The notes: generated by a model not told the origin, from the sequence alone. A DNA stretch of 63,383 bases, filler included, from Olpidium bornovanus S191 (GCA_017911155.1; 26 parts of 26 records of this genome joined end to end with filler, not necessarily neighbours in it); one strand, 5' to 3'; positions 1 to 12,964 are shown, numbered from the whole stretch's first letter. Made by a program: numbers and translations.

Positions 1-963
1 CCATGGCGAGCCATAGCTAGAGATAGACCAACGTGTTGGAATTTTCCCACGTGACCTGACGCCACCCAGGAACGACCAACACAGAATGCAGCAACAGCAC
101 CGCAGGAGACAGAACCGCGCGGTGCGAATGCCGGACGAAAGCAAGCGAATCGCAGGAACCGCACAAGCTGCGGAATCCTGGATTCCGCCAAAGGGGTGGT
201 GGCGCAGCACACCCGAACCCCTGAACCCCTGCCTCGTGCGCAAGGGGCACGGGGCACCGGGGAGAAACCCCCCTCCCCTCAAAAGGGGGGAAAGAGGGGG
301 CAGGGGGGTAAAGGGGCAAGGCCCAAGCGCACCCGGAAAGGGAGGAAGGTTCAAGAAGATTCCGACGAATTCCGGCGGGTGAGTTTTCATATAGACGGAG
401 AGAAGTAAAGAGGGAGCTCACGGGTATAAATAGAGCGAGGAAACCAGGATTCCTCGCACCTCATCCCCTCCATACCATCCCTCTGCACCAATCAAGATAC
501 TTTACCTAGCACCTTAATAAAGGCCGCAGAAGTGCTTTAAGCGGATGAGCGTTTCGGACTGAAAGGGACCTTTAGATTGCACTTGTGCAATTGGAAGGGA
601 ACTGGACCTTAGATCACACGTTAACCAGAAGCCCCCCCATGTCTAGAAGTGTGGCTGTCTTCTTGTGCATATACCTACCCGCTGTTTGGAGTGACAACAC
701 GGAATTTTTGCTTGTGTTTGGGAATTCCGCCGGGTGGCGTTTTATTCGAGCTCGTAAAGTTCTACCATATATGCGACATAGAGCGACCCCCCCCCCTCGA
801 GCAAGAATGTGGGCAAGGGGGTTAAACAAAGAAAAAGTACAAAGTGCAATTTGGAGAAGTTTTGGAGGATTCAGAGTCTGAAGATTCTAAACTTGAAGGA
901 AAAAAGGGGAGAAAGAAAAGAATGCGAGGAATTGTGGAGGAGTCAAATTCCGGTTGGATTGGC

Positions 964-2373
964 TGTCATGGCGGCAGTGTTACTCCCGGCCACCGCGCCA
1001 TTACATGGTAGCAACGCTTAACACGACTACGGACCCTGCCTCCCCCCTCCTAACCATGCCCGCGACCTGCCGTTCCAACCGCTGTCGGCGCCCAAAATGG
1101 CCTTTGGCAGCATTGACCCCAGCTTCAATTACCCTAGCTTCGAACCCTGTTTCCTTCGGTCCCCCCCCCGGTTTTGCCCCTTTGCACTTTTGCTCTCTTG
1201 CATTATTTCGCTCACTTGCGCCCGTCTTTTACTTTTGCCTACAGGGGTCACGTGCGGCAACGCCGTCCACTTGCTCGAAGTGTTTTGGTTTTGCCACCCC
1301 TTTTTTTCTGCTCAATGCAAAAACCTTGACGTCAAACGCAACGCAAACCACCCAAACCTCTACCATAGCTGATCCGTTCGCTTCAAAATAAACAAAGCCG
1401 TCGGGCTTGTTCAAGCGTCGCATTCCCCTTCGGTCCCGTTTGAGCAGAGGCGTCGGCCACCGCTACGGGCTAAGCAGCGTCGGCTGCTCTCTGTTTTTTG
1501 TTTTTCCTTTCGCGGTGCAGCGCCAGCTGCAGAGGGGGTTGAGTCTGCGTCATAGCGCTGCCGACGTCGGTCCGAGTGCGACACGCGAGCCCGCTTACCA
1601 AGCGGATCGTCCAGAGCCCCCTGCGGGTCCGAAGCCGACTCTGCCCTCTCTGCCGCTCGGACTCGGTCCGCCTGCGGCGTCGGCTTCGTCGCCGACACCT
1701 CTCTGCCGCCGCTGCTGCCAACGTCGCTCCCGTCTCGGTCGGCGAGCGTGCCGCCACTGCCGACGTCACTCCCGCCTCGGTCGACGAGCGCGCCGCCTTC
1801 GACCACCCCACCAACGACGACGATGACCCCACCAACACCAGCGCCGATGCACTCGCATCGCTGGCGCTGAACGAGGAACCCCGTGAGCACGACACTGTCG
1901 CCACCATTGGGGACGTCCCCATGACGGATGACGAGAGTCTCGTCGAAGGAGCCACCGAAATGGATGTCCGAGCCCGCCCTCCTGCCGCGCGGGGAGGTGC
2001 TGGAGGTGAAGAAGCGCAAATCGTGGCTGCTGTGGAGGCTGCCATCGAGCGCCTCTCGCAGCAGCACGCCGAAGAGCGTGCCCGCGTTACCGCGGAGCAC
2101 CAGCGCGTCATGTCGAGCATGCTCGACATGTTTGCCGACAAGCTGGCCCGTGTAAACAACGGCCCACACACGGCTGCCGGAGGTCACGGCAACGCCCGGG
2201 CCGCCACGCAGAAGGCTTTTGTTAAGGACGCTCGACAAGGTGTCCCCGACTTCCATGGTGAACAAGACGCAGGTAAGGTCGAAGCATTCCTTCGCGCTTT
2301 TAACCAGTACTGCGAGGTCGCGCACCTCGATGGATGCGCCCGTGTACAGGCCTTCAGTTACAAGCTATTTGGC
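964..2373 (+). mobile_element. Ty3/gypsy-like LTR retrotransposon 5' part: LTR end, tRNA-iMet PBS, leader and gag (cut by contig end)
   Basis: ...CCATTACA (1005) is followed by TGGTAGC (1006-1012), complementary to the 3' end of initiator tRNA-Met, then a pyrimidine-rich leader. ORF 1576-2373 ends in a capsid-like motif VPDFHGEQDAGKVEAFLRAFNQYCEVAHLDGCARVQAFSYKLFG. Confidence 0.7.
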
Positions 2374-3139
2374 NNNNNNNNNNNNNNNNNNNNNNNNNNN
2401 NNNNNNNNNNNNNNNNNTTAATTAATTAANNNNNNNNNNNNNNNNNNNNNNNNNNNNNNNNNNNNNNNNNNNNACATGGTGGGTGAATTCCCTACCATCC
2501 TTTTTTTGTTATATGCTCGTGCCGGAGTTTACACTGATTTTCGCTCCCCGCATCCCCCACGCTTTTGAAAACCAGATAATAGCGCTTTTTCGGCATTTCC
2601 ACGTTTGGCGCCTCGCATTCGCCCCACCAGACGGCACGATGTGGAATTCGGGCCGCTACCGCCCTCGAGGTGAAAAACATTAACGCATTCCATCTGAATC
2701 CCGTCCTGATCAACCCATTTTTCGTCGGCGGGAGGTCAAACCTGTGTACCCCTTTGGGGTGGTTCGGATTTGGCAATTCAGGATGCGCGTGTGGGGGGTG
2801 GTGTCTGGAAGGGAAGTGATCCGCTGGTTGAGGGAATGGCGAGAATCCCGCGGAAGCGGTTCTTGTTTCACGCGCGGCATTGGCGATACTCGGGAAGCTG
2901 GAATCTGCACAGTATTAGCAAGCGAGAGATCCACCCCGGGCACTCAAGCGCGAGCGCCGACCGGTAGGTTCATTTCTGCTGTACCATCCAAGCCGACTTG
3001 GTCACTTTAAGCAGGGGTGTTGCGGTTCGATTTTTTTTCGCTCCGACGAGGGATGGACCGTAACATGTCGCGCGGTTAGGGCGGGCGCCCGCTCCTTTCC
3101 CCTCGTTCCCCTCTTCCCCTTTCCATCCCCCGGCGCGCT

Positions 3140-4159
3140 TCACAGTTTCGGCGCGTTCGTGATGCCATTGCGGAGCACGCAGTTCCCGTCCGCGATAACA
3201 AGGAGGCCCTTCTCGCGCGCGGCTTTTACCGCCGAGTGGTCTTCGCTATAGGGCGGGGAGGGGGAGGTGGGGAATTCGCGCCCGCGAAAATTCTCAGGCT
3301 CTTGCACGATCGAGAAGAAAATAATAGGCGAAGAGTCCAAAGCGGAAAGCGAGGGTCGGGACGGGGGCGAGGGAGGGGAAGGGGCATGGGACAAGGAATC
3401 CTTTTTTTTTTTCTTTTACCTTCCGGGCTGCAGCCACAAGCGCTTGAACCCTCTCTTCGCCGCGGTCTTGAGGACCGCTCTGGTGACGGCGGGCGGCGTG
3501 ACCACACTCACGCCGTAATCGGCTGGAGCGCCGCCCAGGTCCTCGAGCGACGAGACAGCGTCCAGCGACTCGATCTGGGCAGGACGGGAACCTCCCCTCG
3601 CCCCCGGCCCCCACCCGGTTCACGACCGTCCGTCCCGTCCCCGCACAGCACGGATAACAAAAAAGGATGGGAGAGGGAGGACAAATGGAAGGAGGAGGAG
3701 GAGCGGGGAGGGGGAGAAGGGGGGGAAGGTTGAGGAGGCCATTTCAAAAAAAAAAATTTCTACGAGTCGAGTAGCGGATGAGGAGGACATGGCGTACCGT
3801 GTTTTCCTTCGGGTTGACGGGCGTTACCGGGTAGTTGTTCTCCTTGTACCTAGAGGACGAAGGAAACCGCGCACGAAAGAAAGCCGCGGACGCAAGTTGG
3901 GGGCGGGGTCCGCACAGGGGCGTGTCGCGAAACCCAAAGAGGCCTTACTTTTCCGGGTCGGGTACCACGCTCCCGCCGCGTGACGACGGTCGCACCCGTG
4001 GCAACGGCTGCGGAAGGCGGGTGAGGGGCGGGAGGGGAAGAAAGGAAATACTTACCACCTCAGTACCTTGTTCCCGAACTTGTCCCTCGCGGCGCTCGCC
4101 CCCACCACGGCGAACCGCTTGGCGGAGAAGAATTCTTTTATCGGCGCGGATGCGGACAT
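3140..4159 (-). CDS. Small stand-alone CoA-binding domain protein (YccU/CoA_binding_2-like), 138 aa, 4 exons, complete
   Basis: Exons 4159-4056, 3849-3798, 3574-3420 and 3245-3140, all with GT-AG boundaries, splice in frame to MSASAPIKEFFSAKRFAVVGASAARDKFGNKVLRWYKENNYPVTPVNPKENTIESLDAVSSLEDL...SVVTPPAVT...RLWLQPGSED...VIADGNCVL. The AVVGAS, PVNP and WLQPG motifs are typical of the family. Confidence 0.9.
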
Positions 4160-5661
4160 ATTTCTTCTTTTTTTTCTTTTGTTTCTGCTAAGACGTTTTG
4201 CGTTTTTTTTTTTTTTTTTTTTTTTTTGTTGGCCGCACGCGTCTTCGGGCCTTTTCCTCGTCCGTCTCTCGGCGCTGGCGTCTTGTTGTTCCGGCGCTTT
4301 TTCTCACGCACTCACACACGCACACACCCTCCAACCCCCTCCCCCACCTCAGAGGAGTCCGCTGCCACTTCACCGAACCGCGCCGACGCCCCCCCCCCCC
4401 CTCTTGGCCGGGCGGAAACCTCCCGGTCGGCGTCGGCTTCAACGCCGTAAGCGCACGGCAAAAAAGGCCCTCCCACCCCCGTCTGCATTTCGCAAGATCC
4501 GCGGGACGCGCGCATCGTGGCGCAATTCAGGTTTTGACGCAGATTTTGACGCAGATTTTGGCGGGTGCTTGACGGGTTGACGGTTTGGCGGGCAATCTTA
4601 CCTTGCGAATCCCGCAAAAAAAAAAAAAAAAAAAAAAAAATTAAATTGCCCAGCGCGCCGGCGCCAGTCGTCCCTCTGCATTGCGTCTTGCAACTCCTTC
4701 TTCACCCACACGGGTTCGGTTTTTAAGTTTGACACTCGATTCCGCAGCCTGGCGGCGATGTCCAAACGGTCATCACTTCATTTCTATTCCCTCAAGCGCG
4801 TGTCCATCAATCCTTCAGCTGTTATCACCGGTTTTCTCCCAGATCCAGTAGAGAATGACTGCTGTGTCAGCGTCGATTCGGAGTTGTTTGTATGAAAAAT
4901 TATGATGTGTCAGCCGGCAAAAAAAAAACTAATTCGGCATGGCAAATGTCCCGCATGTTGGTTTTGCTGAATTCTGCGCCAGGGCCCGACACAGAGGTCA
5001 GAAAGATTGGGCCTGTAGACATCCGAGGGGCTTTATACCGAGGGGGTTTACCGTTTTTCTAGTGCCTGTTTCAATCACTGTGAGGACGGAAAATTTTCTA
5101 TGGTTAATTCTAATGCTTCAATGGGAAATTCAATAACTCACGTTGAATTACGAGTTATTGAAAAAGTAGTAGACGGAATTGACTGGTTGGAGTTGACTGC
5201 GTCACGTTTCGCGATGAGGAGTGAACCTGCGCTGCTGTGCTGCGCCGTTTTTCGAGACCGGTGAGCTACTTTCACGCTCGCCTCCGTCAGTCGTCGGCGA
5301 GAGTAAGTCGGAAAAGCTGTTCAGGGCGACTCCTTTTTTTAAAAAGCGACCGCGACTTGCTGCGTAACGAGCGGCAATATCTTCCAGGGTACGGTTCCAT
5401 TTCCAACTTTTTTTCGAACTTTGTCTGGGATGCCCGTCGTTCGCTGCACAGCGTAGCGGCATTAGCATCAATGGTCCATCCCACTTAAGGAAAAAAAAAG
5501 TTTTCCGCCTGACATTTTCACGCAGTCGCCGTAACGTAGCATACGTGGCAAAAAGAGCATGNNNNNNNNNNNNNNNNNNNNNNNNNNNNNNNNNNNNNNN
5601 NNNNNTTAATTAATTAANNNNNNNNNNNNNNNNNNNNNNNNNNNNNNNNNNNNNNNNNNNN

Positions 5662-6695
5662 CATGGAATTCAGGACGACGACGTGCACACCGCCGCTCGA
5701 GCGCGCCGGGCTGCTGCTGTTATTCGCGCCGTGGCCAGCGCTCCCCTTCACCGCGCGCAGTCCGTACACCGGAGGCTGCATGGCCTCCGAGAGAGCGCCG
5801 TCGGGCGCGACGAAGAAATCGAAGTTCGAACGGCCGAATGCCTCCTCCCACCGCTGCACCCTCCGTTCGGTGAGGTCCGCCTCGTACCCGATATCATGGT
5901 TCCCGGTGATGTTGATGAGCAGAGGCGTCGGTACGTCGGCGGGAACGGTTCCGCCGAACGGCGTCGCCCCGCGGAAGATCCGCTGGTACCTTTGCACACG
6001 GTCGGCGAATTCCGCGTCTGGGATCCACTGGCTGGAGAACAGGTCTCCCAGCACCACGACGTGGGACGGACGGTGATGCCGGACCACAGCAGTATACACG
6101 TGCCGCGTGTAGGCGTCGTTGAACGCAAGGTCCAGCTCTCCTGTCCGACAGTACGAAACGGCCGCCGTTTAAAAAAAAAAAAAGAAAAAAAAGACTGGCC
6201 AAGCGGACGATCAACGTTGCTGGTACGGTTCGACACCGAATTTTGCATTTCTCACCCAGGCGGCCCAGACGCTCGACTTTGGCTGATCCTTCCATCTGTG
6301 GATCGGCGAGGAAAAGAAACTTTGCGGTCGGAGCTGTATGCGGTGGTCGGAGGGGCCGGGGGGGGGGGGGGGGGGGCGGGGGGGGGGGGGGGGGGGGGGT
6401 CGTCACGGGCGGCTATTTCACGAACTGCCCGGATGCCAAGGCGGATCTGCCCCTGGCAATTTAACATCTGCCCGGAATGCAACTCGCCTTGGAACTTCCA
6501 GCCGCGGCAGGTGATCGCGGGATAGGCGAGCAAGATTATGTCGCACAGTGCGACGCACGCGCAAAACGCGACGGCGGCTTTCGGTAATGCCTTCAAGCAC
6601 CAAGTGCGCTTCGCGCCGGGGCGACGTCGAAAACGCGGCGCCGCGCGCGGGACGGCGGCTCCGATGACGCCGCGGTCGCCGCGCCGCGACGCCAT
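5662..6695 (-). CDS. TED1: Ted1/PGAP5-type GPI-remodelling metallophosphoesterase (3' truncated)
   Basis: N-terminal TM segment followed by motifs FLFLADPQMEG, GELDLAFNDAYTRHVY, VVLGDLFSSQWIPDAEFADRVQRY and INITGNHDIGY. The frame changes inside the G-run at about 6357-6399. Confidence 0.85.
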
Positions 6696-6885
6696 CTCAG
6701 GGGGGGGGCGGGGAAATCGGGGGCACGCGGGGGGACGGAACGCACTGGAGAGGGCGGGGCGAGGGCACGCGGGCGGGCGAGGAAGGCGCCGGAAGGCGCC
6801 GGAGGGGAGCTTTGGCCGACTCGGGGGAAGGGGCTCGGCGGGCCCGGGCGGAGCGGGGGCGGGGGCGGGGCGGGGGGGGGGCGGT

Positions 6886-6963
<78 letters not shown>

Positions 6964-7505
6964 AAGCCCGCCGGCCAAACCGCAAAACAACAAAGCCTCT
7001 TGTCGTTTTGTCCCCTTCCGATCGCGCGGAGCCCGTCCGCCGCCACACGCACTCCCCACCCCGCTGTCCCCCACCGCCGATGAAGACAGGGTGTTACGAG
7101 CGAAAAGCAGCTGATGCTGCGGCGTATCCTGACACCGGACACGCACGGTAAGATATAAAGGGAATGTTTAACACTGCCGACGTGCAACGCGTGCGCAAGG
7201 CAAAACCTGCGCATCCTACAACAGTCATTATAATTACTATTTATCGATTGCATCATTTAGATAAATTGTAATTGTCGTCATAATTAATATATGTAATACT
7301 TCGTGTAATTTTATGCACTGCCGGCGCTGCAATTTAACCAGAGAAGCAGGGGCATTTTCGAGCACCAAGAGCAAAATTACAGAATATCGAAGAGGAACCC
7401 AACGTGATTCAATCGCAGGATAAACAAAGTCCCTCCCCCCATCCTCACCCCCTCCCCCCGCCGTGACTATAACAGCAGCCTCTCCTCAACTCCAAATCCC
7501 TCCAC

Positions 7506-7551
<46 letters not shown>

Positions 7552-8251
7552 CCCCAAACTCCTTTCCACGACTTGCGGCCGGTTGGCCCGCCGCCAGACG
7601 ACCAAGTTCCCGACAAAGGCCTGATGACGTCAGGCCCGATCTTGGAGTCGACATTCTGAAGTGGAAACACAAACAAGGGCGGTCGTTAGTTGGCTTCCGT
7701 GTCCAACCAGAACCGCCATCGATCGTGTTTTCCGATCGCTGGTCCCGTTCGTTACAATGAAGTGCAGGCCGAAGCCGTGCGCGCGCGCCGTCGTCTCTCG
7801 TTCGCTCATGCTCCCGATCTACCCGGCTCATCCAGGTTGAGTCGGAACCAGAAGCAAACGCTGCTCATTTCGGGTTGCGCGAATCGTGATCCCGGTCGTG
7901 AACGGAGTGCAGACAAGCCGCGCGCGCGAGCGCCCGCGTCTGTCGTTCACTCGCGCTCCCGATCTAACTGGCTCATAAAAGTTTGGATTCGGAACCGGAG
8001 GCACCGCCATCCGTTTTGTGTTGCGCGAAGCGAAAGTAATGGAGGGGATACGTAATGAGTCTTCTTGTTCCTTTGGCGTGCCGCCGGGATGTCGTACGCC
8101 CTCTCGAAAGTCCTTCGTGGTGGGCGGGCGCGCTTGGTCCGCTTGAGCCTGTCGGCCGACGTTGACCTCGGGCGACGGCGGACCTGCCCCTTCTCGAGCG
8201 GCTTCACTTGCTGCGCTCTCGTTTTGTAGGACCGCGGGTTAAGGCCAGACT

Positions 8252-9557
8252 TTAGAGTTTGCTTGGCCGGCCATCGCCCGGGCCGTCCGGAAGATTTCCT
8301 CGGTCGACGTACTCGAGCGCGAGGCCCGCGACGGGCCTAAAAAGCCGCGCGTACTTACGCGCCTCCGACGAGCTCGCCTGGCCGAGCGCCACGCGGGCGG
8401 CGATGCCCTGGGAGATCACGGCCAGCTGGATGTGAATTCGGGAAGAGGGGAGGTGGGGGGGGGGCGGGGGGCAGGGGGGGGGCGGCCGCCGACCGTTATG
8501 TGAGCGGAAACAGGCGCCGCCAGGTGAATCCCGCAATAAATCCGACCGCAGCAACGCGTGTCCTGGGGGAACAGCGCACGGGCGTACTCTGAATAGCGCA
8601 AACGCGACGCAGAACTCCCATCTGTTTATAACGGACGTTCCAGTCATCATGCGGTACGCGTCGATCAAATCTTTCACCGCGGGCAAACCCGGCGGCAAGC
8701 TCTCCTCATTTTTCAGGCCGGACATAAGGGAAGTCTCCGGAAACGTGTTTTGCGACGGGACGTAGTACGGCTGCAGGAGGTTCGCGAGATCCGAGAGCGG
8801 ATGGCCAATCGTGGACAGTTCCCAGTCCAAGATGCCAATAACGCGCGGTTCGGTCGGGTGGAACACCTTGGGAAGGAATCAAGTATAAGAGATTGAAATC
8901 AGGTCAAGATACACGCGAAGACCTTTCGCCGATGTCAGAAATCCGACTGACGAAGTTGTCAATCTGCAACAGGGCACTTGCGAGCGGTTAGGCTGTTTTG
9001 AGAACTAGAAGACGAGCGGCAAGCTTCGTATGCCAGCGAAATTCCAAGTCAGTCGCCCACTTTAAAATCACCGTGGATGATGGCACTCGCGTCCGCGACT
9101 TGGTTCCGCTCGAACCAATCCAACATTTCCTCCAAGCGTGGGATCCTACCGACGGCCTCGCCAGTTTCCCTTTTCCTGACTGCGGCCTGAGCATTGGAGA
9201 CCTTTCTGAGAGAACTGATCTTTATCCGAAAATCCCATCAACCACACGGTCCGATGCTAGGAAACGAGACAGTGTTTTCAATCAGACGCGCACCTGCCGC
9301 GCGTAAAATCCGCTTGACTTCCCGTAATTCTCGAGTCCAGCGGCTCTGTAATCAACGGTGTGCAACGCCGCGAGGGCTTCGATCGCCGCGAACCAGCTGA
9401 AGGATGTGTGATTGGGGTCAACGTGAACCTACAAGGATCCCGGCGAGCAGCCTGAGGAGCTTCCGATACGGCGCACTCGTACCAACTGCGTCGTCCTTCC
9501 GGGGTTAACGTCGGAAACGTCACGTCCGAGAATATGCGGCCCTCGACGTACTCCATG
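8252..9557 (-). CDS. APH/choline-kinase-like phosphotransferase, homologous to the ACAD10/11 N-terminal kinase domain; ends in PTS1 (-SKL); 5' truncated
   Basis: Segments MEYVEGRIFSDVTFP, FHPTEPRVIGILDWELSTIGHPLSDLANLLQPYY and last exon LAVISQGIAARVALGQASSSEA...GRPSKL*. Confidence 0.88.
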
Positions 9558-11526
9558 NNNNNNNNNNNNNNNNNNNNNNNNNNNNNNNNNNNNNNNNNNN
9601 NTTAATTAATTAANNNNNNNNNNNNNNNNNNNNNNNNNNNNNNNNNNNNNNNNNNNNCCCATCGCTTTTCTTTTCCCCTAAAAACGATTCGATCCGACCA
9701 AAGCAACGAATAAACCCGTTAACAAAAAAGAGGAAATAAAGAGTGCGAACCGAGCGCGAGGAGAACGGGACAGCCATGCATTGAAAGACAGAGGACCCTG
9801 GCGGTCTGGGCATCTGTCGAATCGATTTTTGAATTTTGCAGTGAAAGGAGCAATTTTTTCTTTCATACCGCCGTCCGACCCGGGTATCGGCGGTGTCGTC
9901 GTCATTGTTGGGGACGACGCGATGGCCGTGAGAGAAGGCTGGCCGGTTTGTTGTGGTTTGATAGCTTCGGTGAGGAAAAACAAGAACCAACGGATCTGTT
10001 CCTACGTAGTGCAATCCTCACCCAATCAACAGCACTTTGATGGTCACGTGACCCGTAGAGCGCATCGCACGGTTCACAGCAAGTAATTATTATTATACAA
10101 AGCTATAATCGCCTTCTTCCGCACCGATCCGCTAGGTTGCAGGCTGCGAAGATTCGACGCGGCCGGACGGCGCGCCGCTTTCGCCAGAGAGAACAGGATC
10201 GGCACCTGCCCCGGCGAAGCTCACCATGCTTCGAGGTCATAACCCCGGGGCGTACCTCGACCTTCCTGCACCCCACCCCCAATACACACAGTAAGACCTG
10301 AAGCCTGCCGGGACCGGGAATGGATCTGAACGTGATCAACTAGAGCCGGGGGGTGGGGGGCAAGGCGAGGATCAGTCTTGTCGGTTAACAAAAACGTGCG
10401 GCGAAGGTGAGAGATCTACGTTTGGCACGCGATTACGGGTTAATAATTGCCCTCCGGCCCCGCAGAGACGCGCGGCGGTGTGATTTCCGGGCGGGGACAC
10501 CAGCGGGGCGGGCCCCGATTCGGGCCGCGCGCGGGTGTTTATGCCCAAACGTTTCAAGTGTTAGCTCAGCTCGGGTGACCATCGCCCCTCATCATTGGGC
10601 AAGTCAATATGGCTTGATTGACGCGCGTTCAGCCCGACCTTCCTTGCCGGGAGAAGAAAGGTGCCGCGAAGAGAAAGAAACGGCGTGCCCGGGGTTTGCT
10701 CTAGAACGGCGAATCCTCGTAGAGTAAATAGCCGTCGGGGTCGCCATTCACAAGTTGCTGACGACCGCAAAGCCGCCAAACGGGGCAGAGCCTGGATTTG
10801 GGATTTCGGATGTGCATCCGGCCGGTCGCCTACGCCTCCTGTTCCAACCCTCATCAGATCGTCCCTTGGCACTCGTGTTAGCCAGCCGGGGTCGACCATC
10901 GCACAAACATATAACTTTGGCACTCTGTTCTCACGAGATTGTTTATTGAGAGGAACCGAGGTGCTGCACCGAGCAGGAAGTGGTACTCTCGCACGGCACG
11001 ACAGGCGTCCCGCAAAAGAACACTCGTCCGCAATGCAAAGCAGGCGCCAGCCAGGCCGCTCTCTACAAATCGATTCCAGAGTTGGTTTAAAGTTTGGAAT
11101 CCCGTGGTGGGGGGTGGGAAGGGAAGGGGTGGACGGTGGGGGAAAACTGTTGCAGACATCCCGGGCACTACGGTATATCCCGTAAAACGCTGCAATCATC
11201 TACACGACGTCACAGGAGCGGTGCACGGGTGCACGTCAAAATCGACTAGCACCATTTCCGCTGCTGCCCGTTATAATGAGAAGGGAAGGGGGGGGGGGGG
11301 CCGGGGGGAAATGGGTATATCTGTACACTCTACGCTTCCTGGAAGCTGCCGCCGTGGTTTGTCGGTGACGGCAATCCTTGGGGAAACCACCCGGGTGTCG
11401 AGTGACGAGCGTTGCGTCAGCCGACGGTCGGAGCACGCGGAGCGCGTGAGACCGGGATCGACGCAAGTGACCCCGTTACTCCTTACCCAGCACGCGGCTT
11501 CTACTTTCAGAAACGGGGCCAAAAAA

Positions 11527-12442
11527 TCAGATCTGGAGGCCGTAGACATGGACGATGGTGTACATTGTCTTGCTGTCGTATCGGTACATGGCGCTCCCTG
11601 GCAAAGGAACAAGAACATGGCAACATGAGCTGCACGTTCGGGGTACACACCCGGACAAGCCCCGAGGGGCACACGTTATCGAGTGGTATCGGAAATCGGA
11701 ACACCGACCGTCACTCGAATTATCCCAGAAGCACGAGCTGGCCGTGTGCAGACCAGCACCGTTTTTCTGCATTATGATGCACGTCACTGAGCCGCGGGGG
11801 TGGGGTGAATTGTGCGCACAGAAGGACGATACTGAACTTCCGCCTTCACGGGTCGTCGGCCTCCCGTAACCTATATCGGGCAGGCTTTTTCACCTATGTA
11901 CTTGAACGGCTTGTTAAGTCCCGAGAGCTTCTTCAGACACTGTTCGACGATGTTCGCGTTCCACTGCGCAACCTTATTGTGATGGTACGCCGCGTTCTGG
12001 ATCGTGCCCTCGATGGACTAGCCGGTGGCAGACGTTTTGCGCGGGCGGTATGAGGGGGAGGGAAGACGGAGGGAAGGTGTGGGCGGGTTCCGTAAGAGAG
12101 CCGGGTCGGAGGGCGGTGGCGGGGTGCTCTCGCTCCGGCAAAGCCGCGGCCGCCAGGTCCGCCGCGCCCCCCCCCCCCCCCCCTCTCCCCTCCCCCACCC
12201 GACCCCCGCCGCGTTCGGGGCGAAACGCCCGGCAAAGCACCCTTCGGAAGCCTGCACCTCTTTGATGATCCCGGTGACCTCGTCCGCGAGGAAGGCTCTC
12301 TGCTCTCCCGCAGCAAAAGATCCGACGGAAGCGTCAGGGTGTTCGACCGGCAAGGGCGCGCAGACCCTCTGACGTGGCGGCGGCTTCCCGGCGGGGAGAG
12401 CTCCCCAAAGCTCACCTCCTCTGCGCCGCGGAAGTCGTCCAT
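11527..12442 (-). CDS. DYNLT1: Dynein light chain Tctex-type 1, multi-exon, complete
   Basis: Spliced product [113 protein letters not shown] matches the Tctex-1 signature [25 protein letters not shown]. Confidence 0.95.
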
Positions 12443-12648
12443 GCTCCTCGGCGAGCGCTGGTACCCTGGGCAGTGGGCGAGCGTTGCCTCAGCAGGTCTC
12501 TCTGTCTCTCCCTCTTCTCGCTCTCACAGCAGGCCCATATGTTCGCGGGGCGGCGACTTTTTTTTCTTCTCCCGGGTTAATTTTTGGATTTGGCGGTCGG
12601 GCAAATGGGAAGTGGGCGTCAGGCGTAACGCGCGGGGCCAGAAAAAAA

Positions 12649-12679
<31 letters not shown>

Positions 12680-12808
12680 GAAAAGATGAAAATCAAATAC
12701 CTTGGCAGCAGCCCGACACCCTACTCCGTTACCTCCCTCGGATATATCTCAATAAATCTGCACAGCGCCAATAGTCAAACAGTTGCTCTGAACGCCTCCC
12801 GGGACACC

Positions 12809-12890
12809 TAAAAAGAATCGACACTTCCTAGCAGAGCATATAAAAGGAATCGACACTTCCTAGCAGAGCATATAAAAAGAATCACACTCC
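12809..12890. repeat. 32-bp tandem repeat, about 2.4 copies (TAAAAAGAATCGACACTTCCTAGCAGAGCATA)
   Basis: Units at 12809-12840 and 12841-12872 differ by one base; a partial third unit follows. Confidence 0.9.
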
Positions 12891-12964
12891 TTTCCGGGAG
12901 AGATAGACCCAGACTCGGTTGGGCTGGAGATCCGACGGCTAGCTGCGTTGAGTCCGCTAGGCGT

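Noticed and set aside
2418-2429. Recurrent TTAATTAATTAA motif resembling a regularly spaced repeat or CRISPR-like array
   Set aside because: It always sits between two 44-N runs; it is an artificial six-frame-stop linker.
4532-4560. TTTTGACGCAGA repeated about 2.3 times upstream of the CoA-binding gene as a bZIP-type regulatory site
   Set aside because: A short tandem duplication with no independent support for function.
7200-7330. AT-rich island in GC-rich DNA as a sign of foreign DNA
   Set aside because: Only about 130 bp and intergenic, upstream of TED1; more simply a promoter or nucleosome-depleted region.
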